In this document: one piece after another, positions 29,607 to 37,511 of the stretch
Layout of the letters: every line of letters starts with the position of its first letter
Position numbering within the stretch: the first letter of the stretch is position 1
Assembly (NCBI GenBank): GCA_020446595.1
Contig: JAGREJ010000004.1
Location: 1 to 52,971 of the forward strand
Origin: Novosphingobium sp.
GTDB lineage: Bacteria; Pseudomonadota; Alphaproteobacteria; Sphingomonadales; Sphingomonadaceae
Direction of reading: 5' to 3'
DNA length: 52,971 bases
Translations under genes and position numbers: made by a program
The notes under the pieces: generated by a model
The model's input: only the letters and a program-made list of their open reading frames with translations
Told to the model about the DNA's origin: nothing
Database searches by the model: none

Positions 29607-30392
29607 TCACTGTGGCTCAAGCTTCGGCGGCCATTGCCCGGCGGCGATCCGGCGCTTGACCACCTTGGGCTCCGGCGGCGGCCAGGGAAAACCGACTTCG
29701 CGAAACTTTGCAGCTACCGCATCGCGCGCCTGGCCATCGGGATTCTCGGATTTCAGCCTGCTGCGATAGGCGCGATAAGCGATCGTGATGCCGGCAGTAT
29801 CGGTCGTATAGGGTGATGCACCGCGCCCGATGAGCTTTACGACCACCTGCCACTGGTCTGCTGCAGCGCCGGTAATGGACGGGCTGCGCTGAAGCTGGAC
29901 CTGACCCTTCTCGATGTCCGCACCAGCGTCGAGAAGGCGATCGGCATTGCCTGCCGCTCCTACCAGAGCGGCTTCGTTAAGCGGGGTTTCGAAATTGTAG
30001 GTGCGGTTCGGATCGGCTCCTGCCTTGAGCAGCATATTGACCAGTTCGCCGCTTTCGTCGAGCACGGCCGGATGCAGCGGGGCCGCGTTGTCCCCGCCAT
30101 CGGGATTTGCTCCGGCATCGAGCAGGGCCTTCACCATTTTCCTGTCATTAGCCATGACAGCAAGCAACAGGGCAGTCCGCCCCTGTTTGCCGGTCGTATC
30201 GAGTCCGTCAGGCAGGTTCCGCCCCAGCCGCAAGGCCTGATCCGTCTTGCCATCGATGACGCTGGCAATGAACTCGCGTTCCTCTTGCGTAGCGAAATTG
30301 TCGAGACGGGTATCGGCCATGTGCGCATCCTTGCCAGTCAGTCCGCATCCGGCAAGTGCAAATGCGATCTGCAAGGCGAGCCACCTCGCCAT
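29607..30392 (-). CDS. Ankyrin-repeat lipoprotein; probable immunity/accessory protein of the adjacent lipase (PhlB-like)
   Basis: Lipobox LAGC after MARWLALQIAFA; ankyrin repeats (GRTALLLAV..LLDAGANPD, PLHPAV..LLKAGADPN, TPLNEAA..LLDAGADI); starts 1 bp after the effector stop. Confidence 0.8.
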   Translation of the reverse strand: MARWLALQIAFALAGCGLTGKDAHMADTRLDNFATQEEREFIASVIDGKTDQALRLGRNLPDGLDTTGKQGRTALLLAVMANDRKMVKALLDAGANPDGGDNAAPLHPAVLDESGELVNMLLKAGADPNRTYNFETPLNEAALVGAAGNADRLLDAGADIEKGQVQLQRSPSITGAAADQWQVVVKLIGRGASPYTTDTAGITIAYRAYRSRLKSENPDGQARDAVAAKFREVGFPWPPPEPKVVKRRIAAGQWPPKLEPQ

Positions 30393-30393
30393 G

Positions 30394-31551
30394 TCAGATA
30401 CAGCCGGCCTCCCGCTGGGCGGCCTCCAGCGCATCCATTACCGAGGTCATGCGGTGCGGGTTCACGAGGTCCATCAGCGCATTAACCGGATTGATCCGGT
30501 CCCACATGCTCTGATTCGACGTATCGCGCTTCTCAGGCAATTCGCGGCGCGTTCCATATGCGGGCGGCAGCATCGGGCTCGACCCAATTTCGCGCCCGGC
30601 CGTGTAGCCGGCGAGAAACGAGCCAAGCGTCATATTGAGCGCGCCCACCCCGGTGACAATCGCCGCCAGCACGCCTTCGCGATTGTCCTGCGCCGCGCTC
30701 AGCGGATCGCGCGGGGTATAGTAGGCATCGACTGGCACCGGATCGTCGGAATATCCATCGACGGTGCTGTTGCTGAGACCGGCGGCGTTGTAGGTCGTGG
30801 CAGGACGACCCGTAGCGACCGCCGCCGCGGACGCCAGCCCGCCGCCAAGCGAGTGACCCGTAAAGGTCACGTTGTCAGCCGAATCCGAAACAGCGGTCGC
30901 GACAGCGATGGCGCGTTCGAAGTGGTCCGTTTCCATACCAAGGCCCTGAGTCACGTCGGCAACCACATCATCGGCAGACTGGGTGCCGCGAAAAGCGACA
31001 GTATATTCCGGGCCAGTCGGACCGTCAGTTACATAGACGCGTGCATGGAAATCGGAATCGGGAGGATCGAGCATCTCGGCCGAAACGCCCAGCGCCAGCA
31101 ATTCCTCATCGCTCGCGCGGCGGGTGTTGGCAGGCAATTCGTTGTCGCCACCATAGGTGTCGCCAGCCATCTGCGCCTTGGCAAAGGCATCGGCAAGTCG
31201 CACGCATTCGGGCGACTTGGTCGAGGTCAGGCCAAGTCCCGCCCCGAAACCCGCGCCGCCGCCGCCCGCCCCCTTCATGCCGATCAGCACAGTCGGCCAG
31301 CCCGTTATGACGGTTCCACCGGCGGCCGTGGCATCGGTGATCCGCGCGGCAGGCATCTTGCCGACAAGCACGGTCCATGCCCCGGTCACGATGGCATCGG
31401 GCTTGGCGGTGCAGGTGCAGATATCGGTGACGCGCGCCTGCGGCAGCTTGGCGGTAAGGACAGTGGGCCAGCCGGTAATTATCGGCAAGCCGGGCGGCGG
31501 GCAGGTCAGGCAGACATGCAGGTCAGTGATGCGTGCTGCCGGCAACCCCAC
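30394..31551 (-). CDS. PAAR-domain effector fused to a PhlA/YplA-like (DUF2974-type) phospholipase A1
   Basis: Three PAAR motifs (PAARITD, PQARVTD, PAARITD) with His/Cys ligands; Gly linker; lipase motifs VAFRGT, TGHSLGGGLA, TYNAAG. Confidence 0.88.
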   Translation of the reverse strand: MGLPAARITDLHVCLTCPPPGLPIITGWPTVLTAKLPQARVTDICTCTAKPDAIVTGAWTVLVGKMPAARITDATAAGGTVITGWPTVLIGMKGAGGGGAGFGAGLGLTSTKSPECVRLADAFAKAQMAGDTYGGDNELPANTRRASDEELLALGVSAEMLDPPDSDFHARVYVTDGPTGPEYTVAFRGTQSADDVVADVTQGLGMETDHFERAIAVATAVSDSADNVTFTGHSLGGGLASAAAVATGRPATTYNAAGLSNSTVDGYSDDPVPVDAYYTPRDPLSAAQDNREGVLAAIVTGVGALNMTLGSFLAGYTAGREIGSSPMLPPAYGTRRELPEKRDTSNQSMWDRINPVNALMDLVNPHRMTSVMDALEAAQREAGCI

Positions 31552-31663
31552 GATCAGTTCAGATCCGCTGTGATGCTGCAGACAAGAGCGGGTGAAACCG
31601 GCTTCGTTCTGCCTGATCTTGCCATGTCTCTACCCCCGCACGCCGGCAATCATCAACCAGCCT

Positions 31664-32401
31664 TCACTCCACGCGCTGGACCTCGATCCTGCGATTGCGT
31701 GGATCGTAAGGGGAAAGGCCTGGAAGGTTATCGAGGAAGCCACGACCTCGCACAAGAACTCGCCGCCAATCGACACCCACCGAATAGAGATAGCGTGCCG
31801 CAGTATCTGCTCGTTCGTACGAAAGCTTCTGATTTTCCTCAAGGATTCCTGACTTGTCAGTGTGTCCGACGATCATGATCCGCTTGGACTTATGCTCGTC
31901 CGAGTTAAGAACGACCGCAAGATTTCTTAGATTCTCCATCGACTGTGGCGAAAGCGCGGATGAACCCGCCTCGAACTGCAGGGGAACCTCACGAGCGGCC
32001 GGCTTTGCAAGGGAGGGAGACGGCGTTTTATTGACTGCCATCTGGCCCTGTTTGACCTTGGATTGTTTTGAAGGTTTGGCAAAAGATTTCAAAGGCTTCA
32101 CGTAGGAGGCCTTGTCATTCGAACTTGTCGACTTGGCATAGGAGGTCTTTCCAGCCGAGCTTGATGAAACTTCCGACGATTCGGATTTGGGCCGGGCGAA
32201 AGAGAAACCTCGCGTCTTGCTGACTTGCGGGCATGTGCCGTCGTCGAGCTTGATCTCGCAATCCTGTGCAGTCTCCCCATCGGCCAGCATGGCTTCTGCA
32301 TCGCTGGTCGAAAACACGCCCACGTCAGGTTCCGCCAACACAGCCGACGCAAGCGAGCAAGCCGACAGGGCGAGGGCCGCACTACAGAGCCGAATCTTCA
32401 T
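31664..32401 (-). CDS. Exported OmpA-domain (peptidoglycan-binding) protein
   Basis: Signal peptide (possible lipobox LSAC); C-terminal F..GS..L, VGHTD, NQKLSYERA, NRRIEV. Confidence 0.88.
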   Translation of the reverse strand: MKIRLCSAALALSACSLASAVLAEPDVGVFSTSDAEAMLADGETAQDCEIKLDDGTCPQVSKTRGFSFARPKSESSEVSSSSAGKTSYAKSTSSNDKASYVKPLKSFAKPSKQSKVKQGQMAVNKTPSPSLAKPAAREVPLQFEAGSSALSPQSMENLRNLAVVLNSDEHKSKRIMIVGHTDKSGILEENQKLSYERADTAARYLYSVGVDWRRVLVRGRGFLDNLPGLSPYDPRNRRIEVQRVE

Positions 32402-32484
32402 CTGAGCTCTCCAATTTTCCTGATCGAATGCGACGAGCTTACGCCCACGAGCGACGAAATTCAACGCGATGCCGAATTTTGCGG

Positions 32485-34404
32485 TCAGAACAAGCGAGTC
32501 GGGTGGATCGTTACCCGGAAACTGATGCCCTTGTCCTGCAGATGGCGTTTTCCGACGAACGATACGTCACGCAGGGCTTCACCATAGGTGATCCGGGCCG
32601 AAATGGCGTCTGATGGCCTCCAGGTGAGCGACGCTCCGACGGACGCCACCGATTTGGGCAGTGGATCGGGCGGCCTGGCATTGCCCGTCACAGCCCCATC
32701 GACGAACGCTGAAATGCGGAACGCGCCCCAGTCGAAATCCTTCACGTCCTTCACGTCTCCGGTAAGGGTGAAGTTGTAGCCAAGTTCGACGCTGGCAAAC
32801 AACGCACGATCTGCGAGCAGGAGATTTTCGCGATAGCCGCGAACGCTGTTCTGGCCGCCGATCGAGAAACGCTCACCGGAATACACTATCCCGCCCGAAT
32901 ACTGCCCCCCGACGCGCAAGTTCGCATCGAGCGCCTCGGTCAGGCGATAAGCGAAGCTGACCTGGCCGAGGATGGCGGTGAAGTTCTTCTTCACACGCTG
33001 CGCGCCGGGCGCGGTCGGATTGGTCCCGTCGAGGCCGATGGTCTCGGTCAGGGATACCGCAAGAACATGACGGGTCCCGCGCTCGACGAAATCCTGGGTC
33101 AGCCGCAAGGCCGTGTATTCGGCGCGACCGTCAACCGATCCTGGGCTGAAGGAAAATGGCTCGCCAAGCAGTTCGGTCTCGGTCTTGCGGTGAGCGACAA
33201 GCATGCCGACGGACAAGGAGCGCGCCGCTCTCCAACGCCCGTCGTCGGGAATGAGCGGCGTATCCAGCAAGGTATGTGAGACGCCGCCTTCGACAGACCA
33301 TTCCTTCGACTTGATATCGAGGGCTTCGAAGCGCCGCTCGACCACCGCGGCATCATTGATCGCGCCTCTCAGCAGCAGCCGGGTGCGCGGGCCGAACACC
33401 GGGCCGGCGTAGGAAAGGTAACCGTCGGTCAAACCTTCGGCATAACTCGCCTCGGCCGAAACCAGATCGCCTGCCACAAGCGTGTTGCGCAGCGATCCGC
33501 CAACCGCGGCCCGCAGGCTGCCTATCGCAGGGGACCGGTCGTTCGCAACCAGCGCATAGACATCGGCCTGACACTCCGGCGTGACAAGGATATCGAGTGC
33601 AGCCTCGCCGTGACGCGCGCCGGGCCTCAGGCTGGCATCAATATTCCGCACTGCCGGATCGGCGGCAAGGAGCCTGAAATCGCGCTCGAGCAGGTAGCTG
33701 TTGAACGGAACCGAGCGAGCCGAGGGCATCCGCTGGGCAACATATCTCTGACTCAATCCGCAGGACCTGTCGCCAGCGAAGCGCACGTTCAGTCCGCCAT
33801 CGGCACCGTCCGGGATTACCCGGCCATTGATGAGCCGCAGGTTCAGGCTGTCGGACCCAGGCTCTTGCGCCGCCACGAGAACACCGGAGTTGGCGTAGCC
33901 GTTTGCCAGAAAGGCGCGGTTCACAAGCTGGACCATGCCCAGGATGCGCGAGTAACTCGTCGGCTGGCCGACCAGCCCGTTGGCGCGAAACTGCTGCTCC
34001 ACCCATTGTCCGTCGAAACCCGATGGTCCCGGCGCGCTCAGCGAGAGACCTGTCGCGTCGTCCTTGCCGGGCAGCCAGCCGGATTGCGGCACGGCCGTAC
34101 CCTCTCCTTCAAGCAGGACATTCACGGTCTGGAACGTGACAGTCGCTGGCCGGGTCGGCGCAACATAGGGTTCCGGCTCCGCGACCGAGAACTCCGGCGC
34201 GGGCTTTGCGAATTCAGGCTGTGCCAATGGCTGAGCAAGAGGCCCGGTCCGCTCGCGCGGAGCGCCCGCGGCATCCTGCGCAAGCGCCGGCATGCTGGCA
34301 AGTGGAGTTACTGCCAGGGCCATTGAACAGGCCAGCGCCTGCCTCGCCAGACTGCCATTGGCCAGTTCGAATCTCACTGCGCTCTTGCCCCCTCTCACTG
34401 TCAC
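32485..34404 (-). CDS. Two-partner secretion transporter TpsB (ShlB/FhaC/HecB family)
   Basis: Signal peptide, POTRA-like GYANSG, VRGY motif (GGQNSVRGYREN), beta-barrel C-terminus ending in F. GTG start overlaps the TpsA stop. Confidence 0.9.
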   Translation of the reverse strand: MTVRGGKSAVRFELANGSLARQALACSMALAVTPLASMPALAQDAAGAPRERTGPLAQPLAQPEFAKPAPEFSVAEPEPYVAPTRPATVTFQTVNVLLEGEGTAVPQSGWLPGKDDATGLSLSAPGPSGFDGQWVEQQFRANGLVGQPTSYSRILGMVQLVNRAFLANGYANSGVLVAAQEPGSDSLNLRLINGRVIPDGADGGLNVRFAGDRSCGLSQRYVAQRMPSARSVPFNSYLLERDFRLLAADPAVRNIDASLRPGARHGEAALDILVTPECQADVYALVANDRSPAIGSLRAAVGGSLRNTLVAGDLVSAEASYAEGLTDGYLSYAGPVFGPRTRLLLRGAINDAAVVERRFEALDIKSKEWSVEGGVSHTLLDTPLIPDDGRWRAARSLSVGMLVAHRKTETELLGEPFSFSPGSVDGRAEYTALRLTQDFVERGTRHVLAVSLTETIGLDGTNPTAPGAQRVKKNFTAILGQVSFAYRLTEALDANLRVGGQYSGGIVYSGERFSIGGQNSVRGYRENLLLADRALFASVELGYNFTLTGDVKDVKDFDWGAFRISAFVDGAVTGNARPPDPLPKSVASVGASLTWRPSDAISARITYGEALRDVSFVGKRHLQDKGISFRVTIHPTRLF

Positions 34405-37400
34405 GAACAGGTTCTCCCCGTATCGCCAGAGGCGAGATCGGGGCTATCGGGCGCAAGTTCCGGTTTCGGCGCCAGCGAGTAGGGACCGATCTGATCGATC
34501 TGCAAGGTGTTGGACTTACCGCGCGCGCGCGCTGCCTGGCACCGGTTCGCAAGAACCTCTGCGGCGTCGAGGAACGAGACCTCTGCAACAGTCGTTCCGC
34601 TCGAAACGTCCTGCTCGGGGGCGACGGCGCTGTATCCTGCGACATTTACAACGTTGGTCGCATCGCTCGAATTGATGCGAATGGTGGATTCATCGATTAT
34701 GACGACAGCATTGCTGACATCGCCGCTCGCGCTGATCTCGCTGTTATCGGCGATGACCGCATAAGCGTTGAGGATGTTGATGATGCCGCCGCTGCCCTGC
34801 TGTCCGGAATCGGTGACGATCGATCCCGGCAGGGGATCGCCGCGCAGGAACACGATGCCGGTGTCGCTCTGGCCAAGATCGATCACGATTGCACCGGCAT
34901 CGGCGGACACCGAACTGGTATTGAGTACGCCCCCATTGCTCACGGTGAGCCTGCCAGTTTCGACCAGAATGTCACCGCCGAGATTGGTTCCGCCGGGTGC
35001 CGGATCGGCCAGCGTGTTGACGCTGAACACCTGTGACGGTGCACCGCCGGCACCGACGCCATCGACCAGAACTTCCCCTGCGGTAAGCGAAATGAAACCG
35101 GCAGGAAGTGCGTTTGCCGATTCCGCGGTGATATTGCCGCCGCGCAGGACATTTATCCTGTCAGCATTGAGCACGACATTGCCCGCCGCGCCGGTTCCTG
35201 TCGCGCTAGCCGAGACAGCACCGCCATCGACCACGTTGATTTCCTCCGAAGGCGTCGCAGGTTCGTCCACGTCGCCGCCGATGAAAACCAGTCCGGCATT
35301 GCCCGAATCAGTGGACGCGCTGGTGATGGCACCGCCGCTGCCGACCGTTACCTTGCGAGCGCCGATCAGCAATCCGGCGGAATCCCCGCTCGAATTGGTC
35401 GCTGCCGCAATTTCCGAATCGGTCACGACCAGTTCGTCGGCCACGAAGGATATGACGCCGCCCGGCCCCGAACCGCTGGTATTGGCAAATACGGATGTGC
35501 CACCCGTCAACGTCGCCTTTTGGCCGATCTCGAAGAACAGCCCGCCGCCGCCCCCGCTTCCGAACGAGTCGGAAGATACGGTCGACCCATCTATCGAAAG
35601 GTTGCCCGGCGCGGACAGCAGAACCGTACCGGCATCGCCGAAGAACGGACTTTCCACCACGGCCAGACTTTCGGACGAGATATAGCCACCCGTCAACGAG
35701 ATGTCGGCACCCGCGCCCAGAGTGATGTCGCCACCTCGTCCCTGTCCATAGGTATCGGCATAGATCTCGGTATTTGTGGCTGAGATCGACTGTTCCGCGG
35801 AAATGTTGATGAAACCCCCATTGCCGGAACCGCCCACCGTATCGGCGGTAATTACACTGTCGGCGATTATCAGCCCGCCACCAGATAGGATGCGGGCGAT
35901 GCCGCCGTCTCCGCTGCCGAAGGTATCGGTCGAGAGCGTCGAGGAGACGAAGCTGAGGTCGCCTGCGGAGATGAGTGCGGCAATGCCGCTGTCTCCGCTC
36001 GTTCCGGTAGCATTGGTGGCAGCGGAAAACTGGGATGTCGAAACGTCGAGCGCACCGAGCGAGTTGACGATTACGTTGCCGCCGTTGCCAATGCTGTTGG
36101 CTGTCGAGAACAGGTCCGAATCGGCGATGGACAGCTCGGACCCCGCTTCAAGATAGACGTTTCCGCCAGTCCCGGTCCCGTCGGTCCGGGCGACCAGCGC
36201 GGAATTGCTGACGTTCAGCCCCGTGCCGGAGACGAGCTGTATATCGGCCCCAAGCCCCCCATTATTCGATTGCAGGCTCGTCGCCGAGGCCAGTTCGGTA
36301 TCATCGACGCTCACCGAACCGATAGAGTTGATGTTGATGAGGCCACCGGCGGCGGTGCCCGCAGTCGTGGCAGAAAATGTCGAGCCGGTTATGGAAATCG
36401 GTCCGAAAGCGGAGAGCCGGATCGCACCGGCGTCACCGCCTCCGGTTTCGAGCAGCGAAGAGGAAATGATGGCGATCCCGGCAATGGACAGGGAATCATT
36501 CGATCCCAGCGTGATCGTTCCACCGGCGCCTGCGCCATTTGTCAGGCTGGCGATCGTGCTGTCGGTTATGCCGAGCTGCGAGGTCGAACCGATGGCAATG
36601 CCCGATGCTGGTGCATCAATTTCCGTAAGCGACGCGATATTCGTCAGGTCGATCGCGACAATGCCGGCTACAAAGCGGGAAAGCGGCAGGAAGTCTCCGC
36701 TCGCCGGGGCAAGTGCCGCGCGTAGAAGAAAATCGCTCTGGCTGATCGTCAGAGTGCCGTCGATTGTCGCCGGCAAGTCACCGAACAATGGCACTTCACC
36801 AGCCGTACCGGAAGCGATAAGATCGAGCACGCTGGTCTGGATGCCTGACAATTCGACGGTAAGGTCAGGCGCCACGAATGTTGCGCCGGTCCACCCGACT
36901 GCCTCGGGCAGCGAGGAACCGCTGAACAGCGGCTCGCCAACGCCCGAAATCGTCAGGCCCGCCTCTCCCCCGACAAATCCGAAGGCAACCGGATTGGATA
37001 TCGACAGAGTCGAGCCTTCCGGCGTGCGCGCGGAAAAGACGTCACCGTTGGCGAAGCGAACCTCGCTGCCGGTCGAGAAATAGGCGGCGCCGGGAACATT
37101 GAGGTTGGCGCCCTGCCCGAACAACACCCCGTTCGGATTGATGAACCAGAAATCCGCGCCCGGCAGAGCGGTCGTATCGATGGTGCCGTTGATGTGGGAC
37201 GACAGGTTGCCGGTGACACGATTGACGATGTTCGAGATCGTCCCCGATCCGGGCGCCTGCCAGAAAGCCGTATCCCCGGCAGCCAGATCGAACTGCTCGA
37301 AACTATAGAACTGGTTGGCCGCGACCACCGTGCCGCCGCCGATGAAAATCGTTCCCTGATTGCCGTCGATCACCGTGTTCTGGCCAGTGGATCCTCTGGT

Positions 37401-37511
37401 ATCGGCAATGATCGTGGTTTGCACGGTCTGCGCATGGGCCGCCCCGGACAAGGCCGTGGCTGAAAGCAGGGCCAGGACCGCCAGGCGCTTTAGCGAGTGA
37501 TGTGGCCTCAT
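34401..37511 (-). CDS. TpsA exoprotein (filamentous haemagglutinin-like secretion domain plus beta-helix repeats), ~1036 aa
   Basis: Signal peptide ending AHA-Q; NQFYSFEQF, NRVTG, FINPNGVLFG; many G.GG.I repeats. ATG 37511 overlaps the CHAT stop (ATGA). Confidence 0.9.
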   Translation of the reverse strand: MRPHHSLKRLAVLALLSATALSGAAHAQTVQTTIIADTRGSTGQNTVIDGNQGTIFIGGGTVVAANQFYSFEQFDLAAGDTAFWQAPGSGTISNIVNRVTGNLSSHINGTIDTTALPGADFWFINPNGVLFGQGANLNVPGAAYFSTGSEVRFANGDVFSARTPEGSTLSISNPVAFGFVGGEAGLTISGVGEPLFSGSSLPEAVGWTGATFVAPDLTVELSGIQTSVLDLIASGTAGEVPLFGDLPATIDGTLTISQSDFLLRAALAPASGDFLPLSRFVAGIVAIDLTNIASLTEIDAPASGIAIGSTSQLGITDSTIASLTNGAGAGGTITLGSNDSLSIAGIAIISSSLLETGGGDAGAIRLSAFGPISITGSTFSATTAGTAAGGLININSIGSVSVDDTELASATSLQSNNGGLGADIQLVSGTGLNVSNSALVARTDGTGTGGNVYLEAGSELSIADSDLFSTANSIGNGGNVIVNSLGALDVSTSQFSAATNATGTSGDSGIAALISAGDLSFVSSTLSTDTFGSGDGGIARILSGGGLIIADSVITADTVGGSGNGGFINISAEQSISATNTEIYADTYGQGRGGDITLGAGADISLTGGYISSESLAVVESPFFGDAGTVLLSAPGNLSIDGSTVSSDSFGSGGGGGLFFEIGQKATLTGGTSVFANTSGSGPGGVISFVADELVVTDSEIAAATNSSGDSAGLLIGARKVTVGSGGAITSASTDSGNAGLVFIGGDVDEPATPSEEINVVDGGAVSASATGTGAAGNVVLNADRINVLRGGNITAESANALPAGFISLTAGEVLVDGVGAGGAPSQVFSVNTLADPAPGGTNLGGDILVETGRLTVSNGGVLNTSSVSADAGAIVIDLGQSDTGIVFLRGDPLPGSIVTDSGQQGSGGIINILNAYAVIADNSEISASGDVSNAVVIIDESTIRINSSDATNVVNVAGYSAVAPEQDVSSGTTVAEVSFLDAAEVLANRCQAARARGKSNTLQIDQIGPYSLAPKPELAPDSPDLASGDTGRTCS

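Noticed and set aside
34831-34850. RGD tripeptide in TpsA (FLRGDP)
   Set aside because: A single tripeptide is expected by chance; nothing supports integrin binding.
34401-37511. TpsA as a CdiA contact-dependent inhibition toxin
   Set aside because: Only ~1000 aa, with no VENN-like pre-toxin motif, no C-terminal toxin domain and no small immunity gene after it (tpsB follows directly).
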